Below are positions 17,733-25,927 of a stretch of DNA of 64,000 bases, piece after piece. The stretch's first letter is position 1, and every line of letters starts with the position of its first letter. Both the position numbers and the translations under genes were made by a program. The notes below the pieces were generated by a model, which ran no database searches, had not been told where the DNA came from, and was given only the letters and a program-made list of their open reading frames with translations. The stretch is from Candidatus Doudnabacteria bacterium (lineage in GTDB: Bacteria > Patescibacteriota > Doudnabacteria > UBA920). The stretch is from the NCBI GenBank assembly GCA_023245895.1, contig JAHFJJ010000002.1, forward strand, positions 3,348 to 67,347, written 5' to 3'.

Positions 17733-18530
17733 TTAAAATTTTTTAATTTCAGGAATACGCGAACCAAGTTCCGGTAATTTTTGTACTGCCGGCGACAGTT
17801 CCAGTCCCCTATTCGTAAATTTCAGCTCGCTCGCGGAAATAATAGCCATGTCCCTGGCCAAAGTTATGGCTTTGTCTAAATTCGTGCCTTTTAATTCCGC
17901 GCGCAAGTCTTGTTGCATTCCTTTCCAGGCATTGTCGCCGATGTTTTGAATATTAAAACGTCCAGGAAATAAAATCCGTAATGTGGCCATATCTACAGCT
18001 AAGCTTGGCCAATTTTTGAGTTTTTTTGAAAGACCAATGTTTAGGGTAATAGCAGTAAAATCTTCTTCGTTTACTTCCACTCTTTCAGGCAGCAACCTTT
18101 TCATTCGAGTAGCAAGGTCAAAATAAAGAGCGTCATTCCAATGCCTTAACGCAATGTTTTCCAAGTCCTCGCGGGCAATAAATTTTTCCCACTGGTCAGG
18201 CCATAACTGCCTAATTGACGCGGCGACATCCAAAAAAACCAGCTGGGCTTGAACGTGATTTACTTCCTTTACTCTCCTGGAAATCTGCTCGCTTAGTTCC
18301 GGGTTGGTTGCCGGATTGGGGAGGTTGGGAAAGCTTTCAGGCCTTATTAAGCGCAAATCCGCAATTCTTTCCCAGACATGGTAAGTTTGCTCTACTTCCT
18401 TCGCGTCTGCTTCCATGCGCCGCCAGTCGTCGGGTTTAATATCAAATTCCAGCAAGCCTTTTTCCGGAGTCTGGATATTAAAGTTCTTTATATTCAATTC
18501 TGCCGGGTTAACCAGCTGTTCTATGGACAT
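17733..18530 (-). CDS. tandem-array paralog 5
   Basis: Starts MSIEQLVNPAELNIKNF and ends RIPEIKKF. Confidence 0.8.
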   Translation of the reverse strand: MSIEQLVNPAELNIKNFNIQTPEKGLLEFDIKPDDWRRMEADAKEVEQTYHVWERIADLRLIRPESFPNLPNPATNPELSEQISRRVKEVNHVQAQLVFLDVAASIRQLWPDQWEKFIAREDLENIALRHWNDALYFDLATRMKRLLPERVEVNEEDFTAITLNIGLSKKLKNWPSLAVDMATLRILFPGRFNIQNIGDNAWKGMQQDLRAELKGTNLDKAITLARDMAIISASELKFTNRGLELSPAVQKLPELGSRIPEIKKF

Positions 18531-18531
18531 A

Positions 18532-19365
18532 TTAAAAATTTTTAATTTCGGGCGTCGGTGGAGTCGCGGTTTCTGATTGTTTTTTTGGCATCACCAACTC
18601 CAAGCCCTGCTCTGTAATTTTAATTTCCTGGGCGGCTATCATTGCAAGGTCGCGGATCATGCCGGCTTGGTCCACGCTTTTAGTCTTTCCCTGGGCCAAT
18701 AAAAACTTTAAATGACTTCGCCAAATTTCCCAGGTTTGGCAATCAACTTTTAACTTTTTGGCGTCATCCGGAAGCAAAGCCTTAAAGGCCGCAAAATACG
18801 CGAGTTTTAAGCTAAAATCATCAGCCATAACCTGTTGCAAGGGTTCATTTATAGGTTCTCCTTTTGCCAGAGTTTCCAACCAGGGATCTGTGGGTATTTT
18901 ATCTAAACTGAGTTCACCCGCCCGGTCGGGAAACAGAACCCTCATATCAATTAAAAATCCCGGACCTACGTCGCCTGATGCCAGCTGCTCATTTCCTTTA
19001 CGCCACAGTTTCGGGGCGGTTCTAAAAGTTAGCGGTTCAAATTTATCCGGAAAAAGTTGCTTAAACCCCGCGTATTCCGTAACCACGGAATACCAAAGGT
19101 TTTCGTCAATTAACCCTTGAATCCTCCTTTTAAAAATATCACCCTCCGGCACCGGAATATGGGTAAACTTATCCGGCCGTACTTGCCGAAGCACAGCCAG
19201 CATGCCATAAAAGGCGGGATTGTCAGATATGGTTTGGCTTAAAAGTTCCCAATCCCTTTCGCTCACGTCCCGCTTAGGATCAAATTCAACGCCGGCCTGC
19301 GGCTGTTCCAGGTTCAGTTCTTTTATATTCAATTCTTGCCGATCAATCCGTTTTTCTATGGACAT
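18532..19365 (-). CDS. tandem-array paralog 4
   Basis: True start MSIEKRIDRQELNIKEL; ends PTPEIKNF. Confidence 0.8.
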   Translation of the reverse strand: MSIEKRIDRQELNIKELNLEQPQAGVEFDPKRDVSERDWELLSQTISDNPAFYGMLAVLRQVRPDKFTHIPVPEGDIFKRRIQGLIDENLWYSVVTEYAGFKQLFPDKFEPLTFRTAPKLWRKGNEQLASGDVGPGFLIDMRVLFPDRAGELSLDKIPTDPWLETLAKGEPINEPLQQVMADDFSLKLAYFAAFKALLPDDAKKLKVDCQTWEIWRSHLKFLLAQGKTKSVDQAGMIRDLAMIAAQEIKITEQGLELVMPKKQSETATPPTPEIKNF

Positions 19366-19366
19366 A

Positions 19367-20203
19367 TTAAAAATGTTTAGCTTCCGGCAGCGGCGAGTCC
19401 GCTGTGAAATTTGTTTCCGGTAAAATAATAACTCCGCGTTCATCAATATGTGCGTCCGGGCAGGATAAAATTTTTAAATAACTTCCGACCCTCATCAGTT
19501 CGTAGGGAGCCCCCTGTTCTAGCCAAAATTTTTTAATGCCGCTCCAGTCTCGCGCTTTAATTAGGGGTTTTACATCCGGAGCCATTAACTTTAACGCTAC
19601 TGCTTTGGCTAAATCCGCACTTAAATGGAATTTTGAGTTGGGTGTTATAGCGAAAGATGTTTTTTTCATCTCCTCTATGGCTTTTTCCATAACTTGAGTC
19701 CATCGCATGCCTTTTAAATGCTGGGGAAAAACTTGCACCGCTTCCAAATGCTCATAGGGAAACGCAAGCGAACTTTCAATGCGGTCGTCAACCAGCTTCC
19801 AGTTCTCTTCCGAATTCCACTTTTTCCAAACATCGGTCCGCTCAGGAAACAGCCTTTTATATGCAGACGCGATACCTAAAAATTGCTGTACAGAAGGGCG
19901 GCTGCCTGTAGTCAGAGGCATTTCATTTGCCGCGGCTTCAAGAGCGCTGGCTAATTTTTCTGAAACTTGCGCATCGGGAAACAAAAATTTATAATTCGCC
20001 AAATAATCGGGCTTTTGCCCGAAAGCCGGCCTGCCTTCTTCCCAGTCACCGCTTATCCTAAGAAAGTTTTGCAGGCAGACCTCTCTGGTATTTTTTGGAA
20101 TTTCAACCTCGGGGTTAAATTTAAACCCGTCCACAGGCTCCTGTTCAAAGCTCAGCTCCTGGACTTTTAATTCGTTCGGGTCAATGCGTTTTTCAATGGC
20201 CAT
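19367..20203 (-). CDS. tandem-array paralog 3
   Basis: Starts MAIEKRIDPNELKVQEL and ends PLPEAKHF. Confidence 0.8.
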   Translation of the reverse strand: MAIEKRIDPNELKVQELSFEQEPVDGFKFNPEVEIPKNTREVCLQNFLRISGDWEEGRPAFGQKPDYLANYKFLFPDAQVSEKLASALEAAANEMPLTTGSRPSVQQFLGIASAYKRLFPERTDVWKKWNSEENWKLVDDRIESSLAFPYEHLEAVQVFPQHLKGMRWTQVMEKAIEEMKKTSFAITPNSKFHLSADLAKAVALKLMAPDVKPLIKARDWSGIKKFWLEQGAPYELMRVGSYLKILSCPDAHIDERGVIILPETNFTADSPLPEAKHF

Positions 20204-20204
20204 A

Positions 20205-21011
20205 TTAAAAATGTTTAGTTTCCGGAGGGCCGGTTTTGTTGTCAGTCTGCATTTCTGTTAAATTGCCCAACTCCAGGCCATTGTTTGTAACTTTTACTGT
20301 AGAAGCCGAGGCAATAACTGCGTTTACCGCATTTTCTGAAACCGGGAAAAGATCTGTTAATTCTGTCCCTGCCTTTAGTACTCCTTTTATAGCTTGGAAG
20401 TGTTTGGGTGTTAATTCAGGGTCAAAATTAGGTTTAACAATTCTCATACTGGCGGCGAAGCGGAATAGTTTTTCAATGGGCGCCTTCTCTTTCATTTCAG
20501 CCATGGTGGCTTCCAAAACACCCCAAAACTCCGGCGTAAGATATTTGTCCATAGGCAGGCCAATAATTTTTATTTCCGCTAAATGCAGCAATTGATAATA
20601 AGGTTCCATATTCGGGTCTGTCAGGAACACTTCTATAGACTCCGCTTCTTCCTGGCTGAATACAAATTTTTTTGAAGGCTGTAGAATCTTGATTGCTAAA
20701 GCTAGCGGTAAAAAGTCGCCCCACTCTTCGTCTTTTTTGTCAGTTTGTAATTCGTTTTCAATTTTAGTAAATTCTTCAGTCTCGATTTTTGGAGCTTCGT
20801 TTGGATACAAGATTTTGAGGTTTGCAGACATTAACGCGACATAATATCTACTACTTCCAGCCCTATAAGATTCTAAATCTCTAAACAAGCCCTGTTTTTG
20901 GCTTTGACTGAAGTCTCTTTTTGGATTAAAAAGGAAAGGCTGTTGCTTTTCGTTGAGGCTCAGTTCTTTGATATTCAGCCCTTCTTGGCTTATTCGTTTT
21001 CCAATAGGCAT
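20205..21011 (-). CDS. tandem-array paralog 2
   Basis: True start MPIGKRISQEGLNIKEL; ends GPPETKHF. Confidence 0.8.
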   Translation of the reverse strand: MPIGKRISQEGLNIKELSLNEKQQPFLFNPKRDFSQSQKQGLFRDLESYRAGSSRYYVALMSANLKILYPNEAPKIETEEFTKIENELQTDKKDEEWGDFLPLALAIKILQPSKKFVFSQEEAESIEVFLTDPNMEPYYQLLHLAEIKIIGLPMDKYLTPEFWGVLEATMAEMKEKAPIEKLFRFAASMRIVKPNFDPELTPKHFQAIKGVLKAGTELTDLFPVSENAVNAVIASASTVKVTNNGLELGNLTEMQTDNKTGPPETKHF

Positions 21012-21012
21012 A

Positions 21013-21876
21013 TTAAAAATGTTTAATTTGTGGGGCGTCAAATTTTGGCTTTCCGATGGGTGTAACCGGCATAACAAATTTAATCCTATTGTCTTCAACC
21101 ACAATGCGTTCCGCGGCCAAAGCTTGCAAAGTTGCCGCAACATTTAAAAATGTAGTCCAATTGCCCCTCTTCCGCCATCCTTCAAGGATGTCCCTTAGTT
21201 TTTTTACAGGCGGCAATTTCCCCTGCCAATGTGCGGCAAGTTCCGGGAAAGCGTACTTAATAGCGGCGGTTCTATTGATAAGCACGGAAGTTTCGTTTAA
21301 GTGTTTTTTGTTGTCACTATATTGTTTGTAAGCCCATTCCCAGGCAGTGGCACAAAACTGTTTTGCTTCTTCCGGCAGAGGTTCGGTCGGATAACAAATT
21401 GCGAAATTTTTAATTAACTTTACACCCTCATCAATCCAGTTGGTTGTCGTGTAATACAAAACGCTTTCTTTTAAAAGCTTAAATATTTCCGGGTTTTTTA
21501 AAATTTGCGCGCAATTCTGCGGGAACAAAATTTTCATCATCATTAGAGCCTCTGCTAGTTTTCCCGGTTTGCTTTCAGTTAAGTGTTGTTCTATTATAGT
21601 TTTTAAATTTTCTTCCTTAACAAAAGTTTTATTCTCATATGGAAAGTGCAAAAGCTGCGCGGGCGCCAAATAGTAGATGCTGGCGTACAAGTCATTTTCC
21701 GCTCTGGGCGCGCCGGAAGCTTTTTTAAAACTTACCAAAGACTCCAATATCCTGGTTTTGTCTGAATCTGTTATGTCGCGATTGGCATCAAATAAAATTT
21801 CAGTACTTTGGGAGCTTTCCAAAGATAAATCCTGAATTTTTATTTCTTGCGGATCAATCCGTGTTTCTATGGCCAT
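21013..21876 (-). CDS. tandem-array paralog 1 (first after the ATPase)
   Basis: True start MAIETRIDPQEIKIQDL (ATG at 21874-21876); ends DAPQIKHF. Confidence 0.8.
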   Translation of the reverse strand: MAIETRIDPQEIKIQDLSLESSQSTEILFDANRDITDSDKTRILESLVSFKKASGAPRAENDLYASIYYLAPAQLLHFPYENKTFVKEENLKTIIEQHLTESKPGKLAEALMMMKILFPQNCAQILKNPEIFKLLKESVLYYTTTNWIDEGVKLIKNFAICYPTEPLPEEAKQFCATAWEWAYKQYSDNKKHLNETSVLINRTAAIKYAFPELAAHWQGKLPPVKKLRDILEGWRKRGNWTTFLNVAATLQALAAERIVVEDNRIKFVMPVTPIGKPKFDAPQIKHF

Positions 21877-21919
21877 AGTCTTAAAAAACAAGCCGGAGTT
21901 TCCGCTCCGGCTCGTTAGG

Positions 21920-24043
21920 TTAAAATTGCTTTGCCGCGGGCACGAATTCGGTGGTGGCAAAACCCTGCAAACCGCGGATTTGCTTTATTATTTCTTCAAA
22001 ATCTTTTTTAGTGTCTTCCGAAGCCTTTTTGCGCTCATCATAAGCTTCCTGGCCAATATAGCCCATGATTTTGTCTTTTAATTTTTCGTCATCCATAAGA
22101 ATGCCTACGCTGGTAAGCATATCCACAACCGCTTTGGGGTTTTCACTGCCTTCAAATTGCTTGTAGCTTTCCACCATCACCTGGTAAACCGCTTCGTCAA
22201 AGGACATTTTGCTTGCCTGATAGAGCGGTTTTTTGTTTTTTGCGTCGCGGTAGAGAACAAGTTTTTCCCCAAGGTCCCGGATGGTACGGTAAGAAAGCGG
22301 AATCGTCTGCCTTTTGCCTTCCAAAAAAGAGCGTATTTTAGGAAAGGCTTCGTTAATTAAGGTGTAAAGTTTTCCTAAGTCTTCTTTAGAGCGCAAGAAT
22401 GTGCCGTCGGGGTTAGCCAGCGCGGAAAGCGACACCAACATTTCCTCTTTGCGTGGCGGGTAGGGAATTTCCATAACTTTGCCTTCGGCGCGCGAAGCCA
22501 AAGCTTCCGGGACTTCAAAGACACCATGCTTGCGTTCAATGTTGGCGGTAAAATACATCCTCCAATTATCGGGAATCGGAATACGCTCATCGTTATCCGC
22601 AAAATACCAATCCTCCCCGGGTTTGGCAGTTAAAAGCCCGTAAATTAAGCTCCAGTTTTTGTTTTTGTTAAATTCGTCCATTAGCACGCTGTCCCCCCGC
22701 CTTAGGGCCGCTGTAATAACCCCGTCGCGCCAGCCGTTCTTTTTGACAATATGCGCGAACTTTTTGGCCAACTCCCCGCGGAAAGCCGCCTCGGCCATGT
22801 TTACAACTTTGGTTTGTAAGTCGCGCAATTGCGGTACATCTGCTGCCTTGGTTTTTTCAGCTGCCTGCAAAGATTCCTGTATTTGGGCTATTGCTGTAAC
22901 AGCCGCCTCGTCCGGATTGAGATGCAAAGTTTCCCCAAGGAGCTTGCTGTGTTCGGAAACAAAATCCCTAAATTTTTCAGGATCCAGTCCTCGAAGGTCA
23001 TCGCTCAGCTTATTATAGTACTCAGTTGGGTCTTTAAATTCCAAAGATTTTGAACCGTAGAGCATGTAGCGGGTTACATCTTCGGACAAATCAAGATAAA
23101 CATAATTCCTGCCTTTTTCTTCCAGGTAATGGCGGACAAGCGTGGTCTTGCCCACGCCCGGAGGCCCAACTAAAACGCCGCCGACTGTGGTGCGCTGGTG
23201 CTGGGTTTCCCATTCATGGAGCATGTTTAAAGAATGGATGACGCTTTGCGTTTCCACTACATCTTCGCCTTCTGAAAATTGTTTTAAAACAGTTTCTATT
23301 TCTTCTTTGCCGGAAAAATACCTGACCATGGGGTCTTCCCACAGTTCCTCTATTTTAGCCCTGGCCGCGGCGAGTTCTTCTTGCAGCTGCTTTTTTGAAC
23401 GCGGAAGTTTGCGCTCTTTTTGAGTTTTAAATTCTTTTAAGGCGTTTACATACTCCTCTGATTCCTCATCAAAAATAGTTTTTAGCGCCTGTTCAATATT
23501 GTTGACATCGTCAGTTTGGACTTCGTCTGAAACCGACTGGCGCTGGCTTACGGCCTCGGCGCGGGCGTAAGAAATATCATCCAGGCCTTCGGCGCTGGCA
23601 AAGCTTGCCTGCTCAAGCAAGCCTGAAAGTTGGGTCGCGGTTTTAAGGCTATTTTTAAACTCTAAATAGTCAAGCTTCGAGCGGATGTATTCCCTATAGG
23701 CTTTTTCAAAAGACAGCTTTTCTTCGTCGCCCAGCCAGCCTTCAATTTCCGTTTTTTTGGCCTTATAATGTTGGGCGGCTAAAAATCTGTCATCGGCGCT
23801 TTTTGCAGACTTAACAATGCTCCTCAAATCCTGGGCTTGTTTTATCAAGAGCTGGAATTGTTCAATAGCTTTAAGGCGCAAATCACGTTCAAGTTCCGGG
23901 ACATTTTCCAAAGCTTGCTCGCGGGCTTCCCTTAAAACCCTATTTGCTTCAGGCTGTGTTTTTGTCTTTCTGCTTTCCTTTGCGGCGGCTTTTACTTCGG
24001 GCACTTCCCCACCCAAATGACGCGGCAATAGACGTTCGGGCAT
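21920..24043 (-). CDS. AAA+ ATPase (MoxR/AAA_5-like core with a long coiled-coil N-terminal region), first gene of the operon
   Basis: 707 aa. Walker A is GPPGVGKT and Walker B is DSVLMDEFNK, the DE-x-N-R/K signature of the MoxR/dynein-related clade. About 160 aa are inserted between the two Walker motifs. The C-terminus ends ...VPAAKQF, a K-x-F tail like that of the downstream paralogs. Confidence 0.8.
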   Translation of the reverse strand: MPERLLPRHLGGEVPEVKAAAKESRKTKTQPEANRVLREAREQALENVPELERDLRLKAIEQFQLLIKQAQDLRSIVKSAKSADDRFLAAQHYKAKKTEIEGWLGDEEKLSFEKAYREYIRSKLDYLEFKNSLKTATQLSGLLEQASFASAEGLDDISYARAEAVSQRQSVSDEVQTDDVNNIEQALKTIFDEESEEYVNALKEFKTQKERKLPRSKKQLQEELAAARAKIEELWEDPMVRYFSGKEEIETVLKQFSEGEDVVETQSVIHSLNMLHEWETQHQRTTVGGVLVGPPGVGKTTLVRHYLEEKGRNYVYLDLSEDVTRYMLYGSKSLEFKDPTEYYNKLSDDLRGLDPEKFRDFVSEHSKLLGETLHLNPDEAAVTAIAQIQESLQAAEKTKAADVPQLRDLQTKVVNMAEAAFRGELAKKFAHIVKKNGWRDGVITAALRRGDSVLMDEFNKNKNWSLIYGLLTAKPGEDWYFADNDERIPIPDNWRMYFTANIERKHGVFEVPEALASRAEGKVMEIPYPPRKEEMLVSLSALANPDGTFLRSKEDLGKLYTLINEAFPKIRSFLEGKRQTIPLSYRTIRDLGEKLVLYRDAKNKKPLYQASKMSFDEAVYQVMVESYKQFEGSENPKAVVDMLTSVGILMDDEKLKDKIMGYIGQEAYDERKKASEDTKKDFEEIIKQIRGLQGFATTEFVPAAKQF

Positions 24044-24261
24044 ATATTTTGGTTAATTTAAAGTTGGTTTCTTTTGTTGATTTTAGGCTAAAACACCCTT
24101 TAATTATAATATAAATTTTGTTATTTTGCAAAAAGGCTTTTATTATAGGCAATCCGAGCTTATTCCCTTAAAGTAAAAAATTGATTTCAGCCCACAAACA
24201 CAATGGGCTGCGCTAAGCGCAGCCCGAATTCAAGCCTTAAAATCTTCTTCTTGTAGTATTA

Positions 24262-24337
24262 TGGAGCCCAAGTGCGGAATTGAACCGCAGACCTTCTCCT
24301 TACCATGGAGATGCTCTACCAACTGAGCTACTTGGGC
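24262..24337 (-). tRNA. tRNA-Thr (anticodon GGU)
   Basis: Reverse complement reads GCCCAAGTAGCTCAGTTGGTAGAGCATCTCCATGGTAAGGAGAAGGTCTGCGGTTCAATTCCGCACTTGGGCTCCA. A TATAAT sits 7 nt upstream. Confidence 0.85.
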
Positions 24338-24355
24338 GTGTATTATAGAAACAAT

Positions 24356-24387
24356 TTCCGCCAAAGGCGGATCCGCCTTTGGCGGAA
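24356..24387. repeat. perfect 32-bp GC-clamp palindrome ttccgccaaaggcggatccgcctttggcggaa (double hairpin); a likely terminator between the TPR gene and tRNA-Thr
   Basis: Perfect inverted repeat centred on GATC. A near copy lies at 1346..1376. Confidence 0.65.
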
Positions 24388-24397
24388 ACAGGCAGAA

Positions 24398-25156
24398 TCA
24401 ATCCCGCACTTTTAACTTAGGCTGTTTCATTTTTGCCATTGCCTGCAAAAATTTAGGATTATGCGGCTCCAGCTCCAAAGCTTTCTTTAGGGCGTCTTCG
24501 GATTCCTCATGTTTGCCGCAGGCCTGGAGGCTTAAACTTAGGTTATAATAACGGTTCGGCTGGGTTGAATCAAGAGCCAGGGATTTTTTGTAGCCTTCGG
24601 CGGCCTGCTGGTAATATTTGGTTTGGTACAGGCAGTAAGCCAGGCGCGCCTGGTAATCGGGGTTTGACGGCTGGTGGTTTACCAAGTATTGGTAAATATC
24701 CCTTGCGTCGTTCAGGCTTTCTTTCTCCAAATAAAATTTACCTAACGCGTCGTAGTTGGAAAGGTTTTTAGGCTGAACTTTTATGGTATCAAGATAGTAC
24801 TGTTCGTTTTTTACCTCATGCAAAGTCTGGGGTTGGGGGCTGGCCGGCTTGTTGAATAAAGGCAGCCTGCCGCCAAAAATTTTTTTCATTTTGTAGCCGG
24901 CCGCGGCATGCGGCTTTAAGTCCTTGGCTTCCAAAATAAAATTCCAGCTTCTCATTACCGTAGTGGCCAAAACCACTTTTATTTTGGATATTGCTTGCGC
25001 AGGCAGGCCTTTTTCTATTAGCTTTTTTTCCGCCGCCGCGGCCAGGGGCTGGTTTTTTTGCAAACTGGCCGCCTCCGGCAAATGTCTAAGGATTATAAGC
25101 AGTATCCCCAGGACGGAAAAGATAAAAATAATATTGGGCAGGATTTGGTAAGGCAA
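24398..25156 (-). CDS. membrane-anchored tetratricopeptide-repeat protein
   Basis: An N-terminal TM helix is followed by TPR-like repeats such as AEGYKKSLALDSTQPNRYYNLSLSL and ALKKALELEPHNPKF. Confidence 0.65.
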   Translation of the reverse strand: MPYQILPNIIFIFSVLGILLIILRHLPEAASLQKNQPLAAAAEKKLIEKGLPAQAISKIKVVLATTVMRSWNFILEAKDLKPHAAAGYKMKKIFGGRLPLFNKPASPQPQTLHEVKNEQYYLDTIKVQPKNLSNYDALGKFYLEKESLNDARDIYQYLVNHQPSNPDYQARLAYCLYQTKYYQQAAEGYKKSLALDSTQPNRYYNLSLSLQACGKHEESEDALKKALELEPHNPKFLQAMAKMKQPKLKVRD

Positions 25157-25249
25157 GGAAGTTAACAGGTAACTTATAATTTATAACTAGTAACATAATA
25201 ACATATTTTGTGTTACTTGTTATAACTTTATTGTTATTTGTTTTCCTCG

Positions 25250-25831
25250 CTAGTTCCCTAGTACAAACCTCGCGAATCTTTTAACCACCACATTCTCCCC
25301 CATTTTGGAAACCGCCTGGGCGACCAAATCTTTGACCTTTAAGTCGGGATTTTTGGCAAAAGGCTGTTCCATTAAGCAGACCTCTTCGTAGTATTTGGAA
25401 ATTTTGCCTTCAAGTATCTTGTTTACAATTTCTTCAGGCTTGCCTTTTACCTCTTCCTTGTAGATTTCCTTTTCTTTCTCCACAACTTCGGCTGGAACAT
25501 CTGCCACGCTTACGTACAAAGGGTTAGCCGCGGCAATGTGCAGGGCTAGGTCTTTGGCCAGCTGTTTAAAGTCGTCGGTGCGGGCCACAAAGTCAGTCTC
25601 GCAGTTGACTTCCACCAGGACCCCTACGCGGGAACCCGGGTGAATATAGGCTTCAACAATGCCTTCATTGGCAACGCGGTCGGCCTTTTTGCCGGCTTTA
25701 AGGGCGCCTTTTTTGCGCAAAAATTCTACCACTTTGTCTTTGTCATGGCCAATTTCGGCCAGCGCGTTCTTAATTTCTAAAATTCCGGCGCCGGTAATTT
25801 CCCGGAGCTCTTTTATTAAATCGTTAGACAT
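25250..25831 (-). CDS. tsf: elongation factor Ts (short form)
   Basis: Has the N-terminal UBA-like ELREITGAGILEIKNALAE and the core VLVEVNCETDFVART. Confidence 0.9.
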   Translation of the reverse strand: MSNDLIKELREITGAGILEIKNALAEIGHDKDKVVEFLRKKGALKAGKKADRVANEGIVEAYIHPGSRVGVLVEVNCETDFVARTDDFKQLAKDLALHIAAANPLYVSVADVPAEVVEKEKEIYKEEVKGKPEEIVNKILEGKISKYYEEVCLMEQPFAKNPDLKVKDLVAQAVSKMGENVVVKRFARFVLGN

Positions 25832-25927
25832 AAATACATTTATTTAATTTCTATTTATTTCAACTTTATTTCCATTTATTTCGCTTTGAAATACGGTAGA
25901 AATACGCTTCGCGAAATAGATTGAAAT

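Noticed and set aside
11952-21960. Long N-terminal extensions of paralogs in the ORF track (e.g. MKPKLNQPCQKLKIFNMSLD...).
   Set aside because: The extensions read through the upstream gene's C-terminus in another frame. The conserved internal Met right after the upstream TAA is the real start.
11141-21960. Paralog array as a CRISPR or other nucleotide-level tandem repeat.
   Set aside because: The units are ~800 bp protein-coding genes conserved mainly at the protein termini, not short direct repeats with spacers. No CRISPR repeats or cas genes are present in the window.
22659-23423. Plus-strand ORFs antisense to the AAA+ gene, and similar antisense ORFs inside vWA, dnaE, thrS, YfhO-like and GT genes.
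   Set aside because: They are entirely embedded in the opposite strand of long, well-supported CDSs, with low-complexity translations.
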